Source of the DNA: Bacillota bacterium
Lineage (GTDB): Bacteria; Bacillota; Negativicutes; CTSoil-072
Assembly: GCA_017889545.1 (NCBI GenBank)
Contig: JAGFZV010000008.1
Coordinates: 70,874-134,873 of the forward strand
Reading direction: 5' to 3'
Length of the DNA: 64,000 bases
Shown piece after piece: positions 28,385 to 37,992 of the stretch (positions are counted from its first letter, which is position 1; each line of letters opens with the position of its first letter). Below the pieces are notes generated by a model. The model was not told the origin of the DNA. It was given only the letters and a program-made list of their open reading frames with translations, and ran no database searches. The position numbers and the translations under genes are program-made.

Positions 28385-29557
28385 ATGTCAAAAAAATGGC
28401 TGTCTTTAATCAGTATGGTATTGGCTATCGGTATGGTTGCTGTTTTGGCTGTTGGATGCGGTGGACCTGCTAAAACAGATTCTACAGAGATAAAGATCGG
28501 CGGCGATTTTGAAATTACCGGTGGTGTTGCAAATTTTGGAAAATCGACTGTAAACGGAATTCAATTAGCATTTAAAGAAGTCAATGCAAAGGGCGGCATA
28601 CTTGGCAAAAAAATTGTTCTTGTTTTAGCGGACAACAAATCAGAACCGTCTGAAGCCGCAAATGCGATTACCAAATTAATCACCCAAGACAAAGTAGTTA
28701 CAGTGCTTGGTCCGGTAGCAAGTTCGAATGTTTTGGCAGCTTCGCAGATTGCCATTGACAATAAAATTCCTCTTTTAACGGCGACAGCTACGGCATCAAA
28801 AGTTACTGTAGGCGATGACGGAAAAGTTAAAGATTATATTTTCCGGGCTTGCTTCATTGATCCGTTCCAAGGCGAAGTTATGGCGAATTTTGCTGCGAAA
28901 TCCTTAAAAGTCAAAACGGCGGCAATTTATGTTGACAATGCTTCCGATTATTCGAAAGGGTTAGCACAAGTTTTTGAAGAAAAATTCATCAAGAATGGCG
29001 GACAAATCGTTGCCAGGGAAGCATTCCTGGCCAAGGATACCGATTTTAAATCAGCATTAACAAAGATGAAAGCTTCTAATCCGGACGTTATTTTCATTCC
29101 GGCATATTATCAAGAAGTGGGCTTGATTGTAAAACAAGCGCGCGAACTTGGGATGAACACTCCGATGATTGGTACGGATGGCTGGGATTCACCCAAAGTC
29201 GTTGAGATTGCCGGGGCGGCAGCGTTGAATAATACGTTTTTTAGCAATCATTATTCACCTGAAGACAAAGATCCGCATGTTACTTCTTTTGTGGAAGCGT
29301 ATAAGAAAGAATATGGCCAAGTTCCTGATGCTTTGGCAGCGCTGGGCTATGATGCGGCGCTTATGCTGATTGATGCGATCAAACGCGCTAATAGCGCAGA
29401 ACCAGCCAAAATCAAAGATGCGCTGGCACAAACAAAAAACTTGCAGGTCAGCACAGGGATTTTAACTTTGGATGCCAGCCACAACCCGGTTAAGAGTGCA
29501 GTTGTTATTGAACTTAAAGACGGAAAACAAACATTCAAAGAAAAAATCAACCCTTAA
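28385..29557 (+). CDS. Branched-chain amino acid ABC transporter substrate-binding lipoprotein (LivK/LivJ family)
   Basis: Lipoprotein signal MSKKWLSLISMVLAIGMVAVLAVGCGG; periplasmic binding protein type I fold; SD AAGGGAGG; track start 28346 is upstream extension. Confidence 0.85.
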   Translation: MSKKWLSLISMVLAIGMVAVLAVGCGGPAKTDSTEIKIGGDFEITGGVANFGKSTVNGIQLAFKEVNAKGGILGKKIVLVLADNKSEPSEAANAITKLITQDKVVTVLGPVASSNVLAASQIAIDNKIPLLTATATASKVTVGDDGKVKDYIFRACFIDPFQGEVMANFAAKSLKVKTAAIYVDNASDYSKGLAQVFEEKFIKNGGQIVAREAFLAKDTDFKSALTKMKASNPDVIFIPAYYQEVGLIVKQARELGMNTPMIGTDGWDSPKVVEIAGAAALNNTFFSNHYSPEDKDPHVTSFVEAYKKEYGQVPDALAALGYDAALMLIDAIKRANSAEPAKIKDALAQTKNLQVSTGILTLDASHNPVKSAVVIELKDGKQTFKEKINP

Positions 29558-29651
29558 TCTACGACAACGAGGTCCGGGGATAAGGCATAAGTCTTATCCC
29601 TTTTTCCCTGTTTATATACATATGAGAAGGATTATGAAGGAGGTGGGGCGC

Positions 29652-30548
29652 ATGGACTCTTCATCATTTTTAATGCAATTTGCTCAACAACTGATTAACG
29701 GAGTGTCACTAGGCAGCATATATGCGCTCATTGCGTTAGGGTATACGATGGTATACGGGACCATCAAGCTGATCAACTTTGCGCATGGTGATGTGTATAT
29801 GGTGGGAGCTTATATCGGTTTTTTTGCTACAACGGTGTTGGGACTGGGTTTTCTTCCGGCTCTGTTGCTGGCCATGGTGGGAGCAGGAATCCTGGGGATG
29901 TTTATTGAAAGGGCAGCTTACCGGCCGCTGCGGAATGCTCCGAAAATTGCGGTGCTGATTACCGCGATTGGTGTTTCGCTGTTTTTGGAGTATGGAAGTA
30001 TGTTACTGGTTACACCGCAGCCGCGAACGTTTCCGGCAGTGCTGTCTTCTACCCCAATCCATATTGGCGGATTGATCATCAATAGCCAGCAAGTATTAAT
30101 TTTAGGAGTATCGCTGTTCCTGATGGTTGTGCTTACTTACGTTGTCAATTATACCAAGCTGGGCAAAGCCATGCGGGCAGTATCCTTTGACACGGATACG
30201 GCCCGGTTAATGGGGATTGATGTCGACAAAGTGATATCCTATACCTTTGCGGTCGGATCGGCTCTGGCTGCCGCGGCAGGCGTCTTGGTCGGCGTGTATT
30301 ATAATTCGATTGACCCGTTAATGGGCATTATGCCGGGCTTGAAGGCTTTTGTCGCGGCGGTTCTAGGAGGTATTGGCGTTATCCCGGGAGCCATGCTTGG
30401 CGGAGTTCTTATGGGCGTCATTGAGGCATTGGTCAGCGGATTCATTTCTTCGACTTTTCGCGATGCCGCAGCCTTTGGGATATTGATTATTATTTTGCTG
30501 TTCAAGCCGGCCGGGTTGCTGGGAAAAAATATACGAGAGAAAGTGTAG
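29652..30548 (+). CDS. livH: Branched-chain amino acid ABC transporter permease
   Basis: Multi-TM permease; ATG 29652 with SD GGAGGTGG (track start 29472 is upstream extension). Confidence 0.85.
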   Translation: MDSSSFLMQFAQQLINGVSLGSIYALIALGYTMVYGTIKLINFAHGDVYMVGAYIGFFATTVLGLGFLPALLLAMVGAGILGMFIERAAYRPLRNAPKIAVLITAIGVSLFLEYGSMLLVTPQPRTFPAVLSSTPIHIGGLIINSQQVLILGVSLFLMVVLTYVVNYTKLGKAMRAVSFDTDTARLMGIDVDKVISYTFAVGSALAAAAGVLVGVYYNSIDPLMGIMPGLKAFVAAVLGGIGVIPGAMLGGVLMGVIEALVSGFISSTFRDAAAFGILIIILLFKPAGLLGKNIREKV

Positions 30549-30557
30549 GTGACAGAT

Positions 30558-31511
30558 ATGCGTGTAAAAGCAAAGAGAGACTTGCTGTCACTGGGCGCAT
30601 GCCTGCTCTTGTATGCGATTATTCAGCTGCTGATTGAGGTAGATGTGATTGGCCAATTTTGGGTGCTGAATATTGTTTTGATCGGGATCAATATCATCTT
30701 GGGAGTTAGCCTGAACCTAATCAATGGGTTTACAGGCCAATTTTCCATCGGACATGCCGGCTTTATGGCGGTAGGCGCTTACGTTGGCGCTGTCATGACG
30801 GTTAAGCTGCACTTGCCGTTTATCGTGGCGATTTTGGCCGGGGCCGCCGGTGCTGGTATCCTTGGCTTTGCGATTGGCTTGCCTACGCTGCGCTTGAGCG
30901 GTGACTACTTGGCGATTGCAACGTTGGGACTCGGAGAAATTATCCGCATCACCATTCTCAATATTCCTTATGTGGGTGGTGCTTCCGGATTAATGGGAAT
31001 ACCCCGCTTAACCAATTTCACATGGGTATTTTTTGCTACCGTATTTACTGTGTTTTTCATTAAGAATTTTATTAATTCATCGCACGGCAGGGCATGCATA
31101 TCAGTACGTGAAAATGAGATTGCTGCAGAAGCGATGGGCGTGGATACGACAAAATATAAGGTTATGGCGTTTACAATCGGCGCAGCGTTTGCTGGTGTAG
31201 CAGGCGCTTTATTCGCTCATTATTTTTACATCGTTCACCCTGCATCTTTCACGTTTATGAAGTCGTTTGACTTGCTGACGATTGTTGTTCTTGGCGGATT
31301 GGGCAGCATTACCGGTTCAATTACCGCTGCGATATTGTTAACCTTTGTTTCCGCGGCACTGGCCGGCTATCCGGAAATGCGGATGGTTATTTATTCTTTA
31401 ATGTTGATTGGACTGATGTTGTTCCGGCCGCAAGGTTTGTTTGGCAACAAAGAAATCAGCCTGAAATTCTTTAATCGCCTGAAGGGAGGCTCGCCACGTG
31501 ACGCTGCTTAA
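30558..31511 (+). CDS. livM: Branched-chain amino acid ABC transporter permease
   Basis: Multi-TM permease following livH. Confidence 0.85.
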   Translation: MRVKAKRDLLSLGACLLLYAIIQLLIEVDVIGQFWVLNIVLIGINIILGVSLNLINGFTGQFSIGHAGFMAVGAYVGAVMTVKLHLPFIVAILAGAAGAGILGFAIGLPTLRLSGDYLAIATLGLGEIIRITILNIPYVGGASGLMGIPRLTNFTWVFFATVFTVFFIKNFINSSHGRACISVRENEIAAEAMGVDTTKYKVMAFTIGAAFAGVAGALFAHYFYIVHPASFTFMKSFDLLTIVVLGGLGSITGSITAAILLTFVSAALAGYPEMRMVIYSLMLIGLMLFRPQGLFGNKEISLKFFNRLKGGSPRDAA

Positions 31512-32265
31512 AACATCAAAACTGGGGATCATGTTTGGCGGATTACGAGCCGTCTCCAATTTAAACCTGGAGATTTCTTCCGGAGAATTGGTTGGCTTGA
31601 TTGGGCCGAATGGCGCAGGGAAGACAACCGCATTTAATTTATTGACGGGCGTGTATCAGCCGACGGAAGGAACAATTGAATTTGACGGCGACAGTATTGT
31701 CGGACTGAAACCATATCAGGTTACGCAGCGGGGGATTGCCCGTACGTTTCAGAATATCCGGTTGTTTTCCGATTTGAGCGTGCTTGATAATGTTAAGATT
31801 GCCTATCATTTTCATGTGAAATACGGCCTTTTGGAAACGGTCGTGCGAATGGGCCGGTATTATCCGGAAGAAGAAGAGTTGGAACATAAGGCGATTCAAT
31901 TCTTAAAAATTTTTAATTTAGACGGCAAGAAAGACGAGATTGCTAAAAATTTGCCGTATGGAGAACAGCGCCGGCTGGAAATCGCACGTGCGTTAGCGGC
32001 ACAGCCCAAACTCCTGCTTCTTGATGAGCCGGCAGCTGGAATGAATCCACAGGAAACTCATCAACTGATGGAGATGATCCGCTGGATACGGAAAGAATTT
32101 GACTTGACAATTCTCTTGATTGAACACGATATGAGCTTGGTTATGGGAGTTTGCGAACGGATTTATGTGCTTGACTACGGAATGGTTATCGCCACCGGTA
32201 CTCCTCAGGAAATTAAAAACAATCCGAAAGTTATTGAAGCGTATCTTGGGGAGGAGGTGCAGTAA
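31498..32265 (+). CDS. livG: Branched-chain amino acid ABC transporter ATP-binding protein
   Basis: Walker A GPNGAGKTT, ABC signature, Walker B LLLDEP. Confidence 0.9.
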   Translation: MTLLKTSKLGIMFGGLRAVSNLNLEISSGELVGLIGPNGAGKTTAFNLLTGVYQPTEGTIEFDGDSIVGLKPYQVTQRGIARTFQNIRLFSDLSVLDNVKIAYHFHVKYGLLETVVRMGRYYPEEEELEHKAIQFLKIFNLDGKKDEIAKNLPYGEQRRLEIARALAAQPKLLLLDEPAAGMNPQETHQLMEMIRWIRKEFDLTILLIEHDMSLVMGVCERIYVLDYGMVIATGTPQEIKNNPKVIEAYLGEEVQ

Positions 32266-32969
32266 TGTTATTAGTGGAAAATATTAATGTGTATTATGGA
32301 GCAATCCACGCACTGAAAGGCGTCAGCGTAGAGGTGAAAGAAGGAGAAATCGTAACGCTGATCGGTGCCAACGGAGCAGGAAAAAGCACCACATTGCGCA
32401 CAATCTCCGGAATGTTAAAGCCTAAAACCGGGAAAATTTTATTTGAAGGACAGGATATAGCCGGGATGGCAGCGCAGAATATTGTCAAACTTGGCCTTTC
32501 GCAGGTTCCGGAAGGACGACGGATTTTCGCAAATATGTCTGTGCTGGAAAATCTTGAGTTAGGCGCTTATATTCGCAATGACTCAAAAGAGATAAAAGAA
32601 GATTTAGAGAAAATTTTCAAGCGGTTTCCGCGGTTGGCAGAAAGAAAAACCCAAATGGCCGGAACGTTAAGCGGCGGGGAGCAGCAGATGCTGGCCATGG
32701 GGCGCGCGATGATGAGCCGTCCCCGGATATTATTGCTGGATGAACCTTCTATGGGGTTGGCTCCTTTGTTGGTAAAGGAGATATTTTCGATTATTCAAGA
32801 TATTAATGCAACGGGAACAACGATTTTATTAGTTGAGCAAAACGCACACATGGCGCTATCGATTGCGCATAAGGCATATGTGCTTGAAACCGGCCGCATT
32901 TCGTTGTCCGGAACCGCGAAAGAGTTAGCTGCAAGCGAGGAAGTGCGGAAAGCATATCTGGGAGCCTAA
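32265..32969 (+). CDS. livF: Branched-chain amino acid ABC transporter ATP-binding protein
   Basis: Walker A GANGAGKST, signature LSGGEQQ, Walker B LLLDEP. Confidence 0.9.
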   Translation: MLLVENINVYYGAIHALKGVSVEVKEGEIVTLIGANGAGKSTTLRTISGMLKPKTGKILFEGQDIAGMAAQNIVKLGLSQVPEGRRIFANMSVLENLELGAYIRNDSKEIKEDLEKIFKRFPRLAERKTQMAGTLSGGEQQMLAMGRAMMSRPRILLLDEPSMGLAPLLVKEIFSIIQDINATGTTILLVEQNAHMALSIAHKAYVLETGRISLSGTAKELAASEEVRKAYLGA

Positions 32970-33050
32970 GATCATGCGGCGGACAATCGCTCACAGGCTG
33001 TTAACGAAAAGAAAATGAGCAGAAAATAAGACGAGAGGGAGTGACAGTGC

Positions 33051-33701
33051 ATGTTTGTGAAAACACGGATGACCGCTAACCCAGTCACCATTAAATCGAC
33101 GGCGACAATAGCCGATGCTTCGGAAATTATGCGTGCGAATAAATTCCGCCGTCTGCCGATCGTTGATGATGGCCGTCTAGTCGGGATTGTAACCGACCGT
33201 GACTTGAGAGAAGTCTCTGCATCGCCGGCTACGACACTTTCTATTTTTGAATTGAATTATTTGCTGGCCAAAATGAAAGTGAAGGATATCATGAAACGCA
33301 ATGTAATCACTATTTCTGCAGAGGCGACAATTGAAGAAGCTGCTTTAAGCATGTATAATAACCGGATTGGCGGTTTGGTTGTTGTTGATGATCAGGGCAA
33401 AGTCACGGGGGTCTTAACAGAAACAGATATTTTTAAATCTTTTGTCGATGTGATGGGTTTAACGGAAGGCCGGACCCGCTTGACCATTGAAGTGCAGGAA
33501 GATCAAATTGGCGTTTTACATGAAATAACCGGCGTTTTCAAAGACTTGGGAATCAATATATGCAGTTTGGCAAGTTATACGCAACCGGATGGGAAATTTG
33601 AAATCATTATTCGTGCGGTCGTGAATGATGTGCCGGCCCTGACGGATCGTTTGGCGGCAAAAGGTTATCCAGTGCAGCATGTAGCGCAAATCGGCAAATA
33701 A
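33051..33701 (+). CDS. CBS-pair + ACT domain protein (AcuB-like)
   Basis: 216 aa; two CBS motifs followed by ACT-like C-terminal domain. Confidence 0.7.
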   Translation: MFVKTRMTANPVTIKSTATIADASEIMRANKFRRLPIVDDGRLVGIVTDRDLREVSASPATTLSIFELNYLLAKMKVKDIMKRNVITISAEATIEEAALSMYNNRIGGLVVVDDQGKVTGVLTETDIFKSFVDVMGLTEGRTRLTIEVQEDQIGVLHEITGVFKDLGINICSLASYTQPDGKFEIIIRAVVNDVPALTDRLAAKGYPVQHVAQIGK

Positions 33702-33759
33702 CAATGAATATGCAATAAAACCCTTGTGCGGCAAACGAACACTATGCTAAGATAGTACC

Positions 33760-33850
33760 ATGGACCAGGCGGCTGAAGTATTTCAGCGCAGCCGGATAAA
33801 ACCGCAGAGTGCTAAACCTGCGAGACCGTAAAAGGCCGCGCAGGTTTTTT
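33760..33850 (+). ncRNA. Riboswitch-like 5' leader with intrinsic terminator upstream of the CDF gene (class unassigned)
   Basis: Hairpin gctgaa/gtat/ttcagc (33772-33787); terminator cctgcg...cgcagg + TTTTTT (33817-33850); upstream cgcaga could pair alternatively with the terminator 5' arm. Confidence 0.45.
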
Positions 33851-33873
33851 CATGTACAAAGAAGGAGTTAACA

Positions 33874-34821
33874 ATGGATCAGACAGTGAATGGCAAAAAA
33901 CAAAAAACAGCAAGATTATCTGTTATTTCCAACAGCTTTCTGATTATCATAAAACTGGTTGTCGGCTTTTACAGCGGGGCAGTCAGCATTATTTCCGAAG
34001 CAGCACACTCCGGAGTCGATTTGATTGCTGCCTTGGTAGCGTTTTATGCCGTGCGTAAATCTGGAAAACCCCCGGATAATAATCACGATTACGGGCATGG
34101 AAAAATTGAAAATTTATCGGGAGCGATCGAAGCCGTTCTTATTATTATTGCTGCGCTTTGGATTGTATATGAGGCAATTCAAAAAATTTCTGCAGCCGAA
34201 AAGCCGGAATATCTTGAATATGGTATTATCGTCATGCTGATTTCTATAGCAGTCAATTATTGGGTATCAGAAAAGTTGTTTTCTGTTGCTAAGGAAACCG
34301 GGTCACAAGCATTAGAAGCGGATGCCTTGCATTTGCGAGCTGACATTTGGACTTCCGCCGGTGTGTTAAGCGGATTGGCGGCAATCAAGCTAACCGGATA
34401 TTATTGGCTGGATCCGGTGATCGCGATTCTGGTTGCGGGGATTGTTTTTCGGGCCGGCTATAAAATGACGAGAAAAAGTTTTTTGGAATTGACCGATATT
34501 AGTTTGCCGGATTCAGAGGCTGAGAAAATTGCCGGGATTGTTGACGCCCATGTTGAAGTGATTGCGTTTCATCGTCTGCGAACCCGCCGGTCAGGCAGTT
34601 ATCGACTGATAGACATGCATGTGGTATTAGACAAAAATATGCACCTGGATAAGGCGCATTCCGTGTGCGATTCCATTGAAATTGAGATAGAGCAAAGCCT
34701 TGGTCATTGTGATGTAGTCATTCATTTAGAACCATGCAATGCGCATTGTCAAGGAGAAGCTTGCCAATTGTTTGTCAGCGAAGAAAAGGACGAAGAAACT
34801 CAAATAAAATGCACTCGCTAA
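33874..34821 (+). CDS. Cation diffusion facilitator (CDF) family divalent-metal efflux transporter
   Basis: 315 aa; six TM helices plus cytoplasmic C-terminal domain; His/Asp-rich metal-site residues. Confidence 0.85.
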   Translation: MDQTVNGKKQKTARLSVISNSFLIIIKLVVGFYSGAVSIISEAAHSGVDLIAALVAFYAVRKSGKPPDNNHDYGHGKIENLSGAIEAVLIIIAALWIVYEAIQKISAAEKPEYLEYGIIVMLISIAVNYWVSEKLFSVAKETGSQALEADALHLRADIWTSAGVLSGLAAIKLTGYYWLDPVIAILVAGIVFRAGYKMTRKSFLELTDISLPDSEAEKIAGIVDAHVEVIAFHRLRTRRSGSYRLIDMHVVLDKNMHLDKAHSVCDSIEIEIEQSLGHCDVVIHLEPCNAHCQGEACQLFVSEEKDEETQIKCTR

Positions 34822-34995
34822 CCAGTTATTACAGAAATCGAATGTTATAGGGCATCCCTTTTCAGTGGAGACGAGGTTTAAAATCTGCTGAGGAAGGGAA
34901 AAGAGGATTTTGAATTCCGTAAGTATAATATACAGATGCATAGATATATTGAATAGCAGTATTAAAAATTGCTTGCAAGAAAGGGGGATTGAAGC

Positions 34996-36024
34996 ATGGT
35001 GAAATTGACGCAGTACACCAAAAGCGGCGGTTGAGCGGCTAAAATCGGGCCAGGGGCCCTGGCACACGTGTTGTGCCAATTGACACCACAGAATGATCCC
35101 CGCTTACTGGTCGGGCTCGGCACCTCAGACGATGCAGGGGTTTACAAATTGAATGATACGACGGCGTTAATTCAAACAGTTGATTTTTTTACGCCGATTG
35201 TGGATGATCCATACCTATTTGGGCAAATTGCCGCTGCGAATAGTTTAAGCGATGTATACGCGATGGGCGGAGTGCCATTAACGGCCATGAACATCGTCGG
35301 ATTTCCAATCGGAGTTCTTGACAAGGAAGTCCTCCTGGCGATTCTTCAAGGAGGGCAGAGCAAGGTAAATGAGGCGGGAGCGCTGATTGTTGGCGGGCAT
35401 ACGATTGATGATCCAGAGCCCAAATATGGATTAAGCGTTACCGGAACGGTTCATCCGGATAAAGTGTTAACGAATGCCGGTGCAAAACCGGGAGACCGTT
35501 TGATTTTGACAAAACCGCTTGGTACAGGTATTTTGGCAACGGCAGCCCGGGCGGAGATGTTTCCGGGCGGCGTCTGTGCTGCTATGGCAAGCATGGCGAT
35601 GTTAAACCGCCTGGCGGCTGAAACGGCAACCGCGTTTTCTGTCCATGCCTGCACGGACATCACCGGGTTTGGTCTGTTGGGGCATCTATATGAAATGACA
35701 TCTGCCAGCCAAGTCCAGGCAGAAATTGATTCTCAGGCGTTGCCATTATTGCCGGAGGCCTTGGCAGCGGCCGCATACGGTCTGGTTCCAGTCGGTGCTT
35801 ATACCAATCGAGCCTATTTGAAACAGGTGACCTTTGCAGCTAATGTGCCGGAAGCACTACGCGATGTTGCTTTTGATCCACAGACTTCCGGCGGACTTTT
35901 GTACAGCTTGGCGGAACAAGAAGCGGAAAAATTATTGGCTTCTCTATGGGCGGCAGGATTAAAGCAATCCGCAATCATTGGGAAAATTTCGGAGGAAGGA
36001 ACAGGGGGAATTTATGTTTACTAA
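34996..36024 (+). CDS. selD: Selenide, water dikinase (selenophosphate synthetase), selenoprotein with in-frame UGA (Sec) at 35032-35034
   Basis: ATG 34996 (SD AAGGGGGA) gives MVKLTQYTKSGG-U-AAKIGPGALAHVL..., matching the E. coli SelD N-terminus LTQYSHGAGCGCKISP with Sec replacing the Cys; ORF track only reports 35068..36024. Confidence 0.85.
35047..35077 (+). promoter_or_regulatory. SECIS-like stem-loop(s) downstream of the selD UGA
   Basis: Inverted repeats gccagg..cctggc (35050-35064) and ggcaca..tgtgcc (35061-35077) begin 15-30 nt after the UGA. Confidence 0.45.
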
Positions 36025-36616
36025 TGTAGATGCCCGAGGATTATCGTGTCCACAGCCGGTTATCGCAACGAAGAAGGCGCTGGATTCGATTAATGAAGGC
36101 GTTATTGTTACTATTGTTGATAATGAAATCTCAAAAGAAAACGTGATAAAGTTTGCCACTGCAAACCAATGTGATGCAAGTTGTGAAGAGAAAAACGGCG
36201 CGTTTTATATTCGGATTACCAAAGCCAAAACGGCTGGATTGACAGTGAGTCTGCCGACGGAGGCCGTGATCAATGCACCTGCGGGAAAAGTAGTGTATTT
36301 CATCAATCAGGATGTTTTGGGCCAAGGAAGCATGGATTTAGGTGCCGTCTTGATGAAATCCTTTTTTTATACTCTGACTGAAATGGATGAGTTACCGCGC
36401 AGCATACTTTTTGTGAATTCCAGTGTTCATTTAACTGTTACGGGTTCGCCGGTACTGGAATTAATTCAAAATTTAGCAACGCGCGGGGTAACGATTTTAT
36501 CCTGCGGAACATGTTTGGATTATTACAAGATCAAGGATAAGCTTGCCGTCGGCAGCGTTTCTAATATGTACACGATCGTTGCCGAAATGAATGCGGGACC
36601 TGTAGTTACGCTGTAA
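36014..36616 (+). CDS. yedF: YedF-like selenium metabolism protein (TusA-like + DsrE-like domains)
   Basis: TusA-type motif RGLSCPQPV at N-terminus; DsrE-like C-terminus; overlaps selD stop; SD AGGGGGAA before ATG 36014. Confidence 0.7.
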   Translation: MFTNVDARGLSCPQPVIATKKALDSINEGVIVTIVDNEISKENVIKFATANQCDASCEEKNGAFYIRITKAKTAGLTVSLPTEAVINAPAGKVVYFINQDVLGQGSMDLGAVLMKSFFYTLTEMDELPRSILFVNSSVHLTVTGSPVLELIQNLATRGVTILSCGTCLDYYKIKDKLAVGSVSNMYTIVAEMNAGPVVTL

Positions 36617-36664
36617 AAAAACCAGCATTGCCAGGGTAATAATGACATAAAAAACAAGGAGATT

Positions 36665-37519
36665 ATGATGTTTGGCATGAGCGACCTTCTGACAACTGCT
36701 TTTCTTCTTGAAGCAGGTAAAAAAATTATAAAACTTGGCGTAATTATCGTTGGCGCTGAATTAGCATTGCATTTTTCGCGCCTCTTGATCGAACGCTTTT
36801 TCTTCTCAACGACAGGGGCTCGTGCTTTCTACTTTGAAGAGAAGCGGGCCAATACGCTTAGCAGCTTACTGAAAAATATCATTCGCTATGCCCTCTATTT
36901 CATGGTCTTAGTCATGATTTTGCAGGAATTTTCGATTGATACCACGTCCATCATCGCTGGGGCCGGGGTGATCGGGCTGGCTCTCGGCGTGGGCGCGCAA
37001 AGTTTGATAAAAGATGTGATCACTGGGTTTTTTATCATTTTTGAGGATCAATACGCTGTTGGAGATTATATTGTTGCCGGTGACATGGCAGGAACGGTGG
37101 AAGACATGGGTCTTCGGATCACGAAGCTGAGAGACGGCAACGGAGTTCTCCATATTATTCCTAATGGAGCTATTTCTCGCCTGAGCAACTACACTCGAGG
37201 ACATATGCAAGCTGTGATCAATGTACCGGTTCCTTATGAGGCCGATATCGGCAAGGTATTTAGCGTTTTGGAAAGAGCGTGCCGGGAAATTGGCGCTGAA
37301 TATCCGGAAGTGATTGATATTCCGAAAGTCCTTGGGGTAGTGGATTTTCATAATGGAGAAGTGATTATTCGACTGATCGCCAAGACTCGGGCTTTGGAGC
37401 AAGTAAAAGTGGAAACAGCATTGCGTCGCCGGATCAAGGTTCTGTTTGATGCTGAAAATATTCCTCAGTCAACAATAGCGCGGCCGACTGGTTACCAGTC
37501 GCCAAACGTGCAGGAATAA
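36665..37519 (+). CDS. Small-conductance mechanosensitive channel (MscS family)
   Basis: 284 aa; N-terminal TM helices and MscS core (...IAGAGVIGLALGVGAQSLIKDVITGFFIIFEDQYAVGDYI...). Confidence 0.8.
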   Translation: MMFGMSDLLTTAFLLEAGKKIIKLGVIIVGAELALHFSRLLIERFFFSTTGARAFYFEEKRANTLSSLLKNIIRYALYFMVLVMILQEFSIDTTSIIAGAGVIGLALGVGAQSLIKDVITGFFIIFEDQYAVGDYIVAGDMAGTVEDMGLRITKLRDGNGVLHIIPNGAISRLSNYTRGHMQAVINVPVPYEADIGKVFSVLERACREIGAEYPEVIDIPKVLGVVDFHNGEVIIRLIAKTRALEQVKVETALRRRIKVLFDAENIPQSTIARPTGYQSPNVQE

Positions 37520-37554
37520 TTGCTTAGGAAGAGTCTCATAAGGGAGGCAAAAAT

Positions 37555-37755
37555 ATGCTGGTTTGTTCAGTCGGTGATATCGTAAAAATGAAAAAAACAC
37601 ATCCCTGCGGCTCTGATCGGTGGGAAATTACCCGTACGGGAATGGATTTTGGCTTGAAATGCTTGGGCTGTGGGCGACGGGTAATGATTCCAAGGCCCAA
37701 GTTTGAAAAAGCGGTAAAACAGGTCTTGCAATCGGCCAACGAAAACAAGGTGTGA
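37555..37755 (+). CDS. DUF951 family small zinc-ribbon protein
   Basis: 66 aa with HPCGSD...CLGCGRR motif pair. Confidence 0.65.
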   Translation: MLVCSVGDIVKMKKTHPCGSDRWEITRTGMDFGLKCLGCGRRVMIPRPKFEKAVKQVLQSANENKV

Positions 37756-37906
37756 TTGACGATTTTATGCGAATACGGTATAATATAACACATAAGCACA
37801 TACACAACAGGTATGGAACTGGCGGATCAGTGGAAATAACCACATGAACCATATCTGAAAAAGCCGACCGCCTGGGCATAATTTTATGACCCAGGCGGTC
37901 TTTTTA
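37756..37906 (+). ncRNA. Candidate small RNA or attenuator: sigma-A promoter + 115-nt transcript + intrinsic terminator upstream of pflB
   Basis: TTGACG (37756-37761), 17-nt spacer, TATAAT (37779-37784); terminator gaccgcctgggcataattttatgacccaggcggtc + TTTTT (37866-37905); no ORF with SD in between. Confidence 0.4.
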
Positions 37907-37992
37907 CGTTTAAAAACCAACGAACACTGCCTGAGTCAAAGGACCGGATAACCGGAAAAGCAAAATGATTATGACTTGGGAGGGAAAAACAC

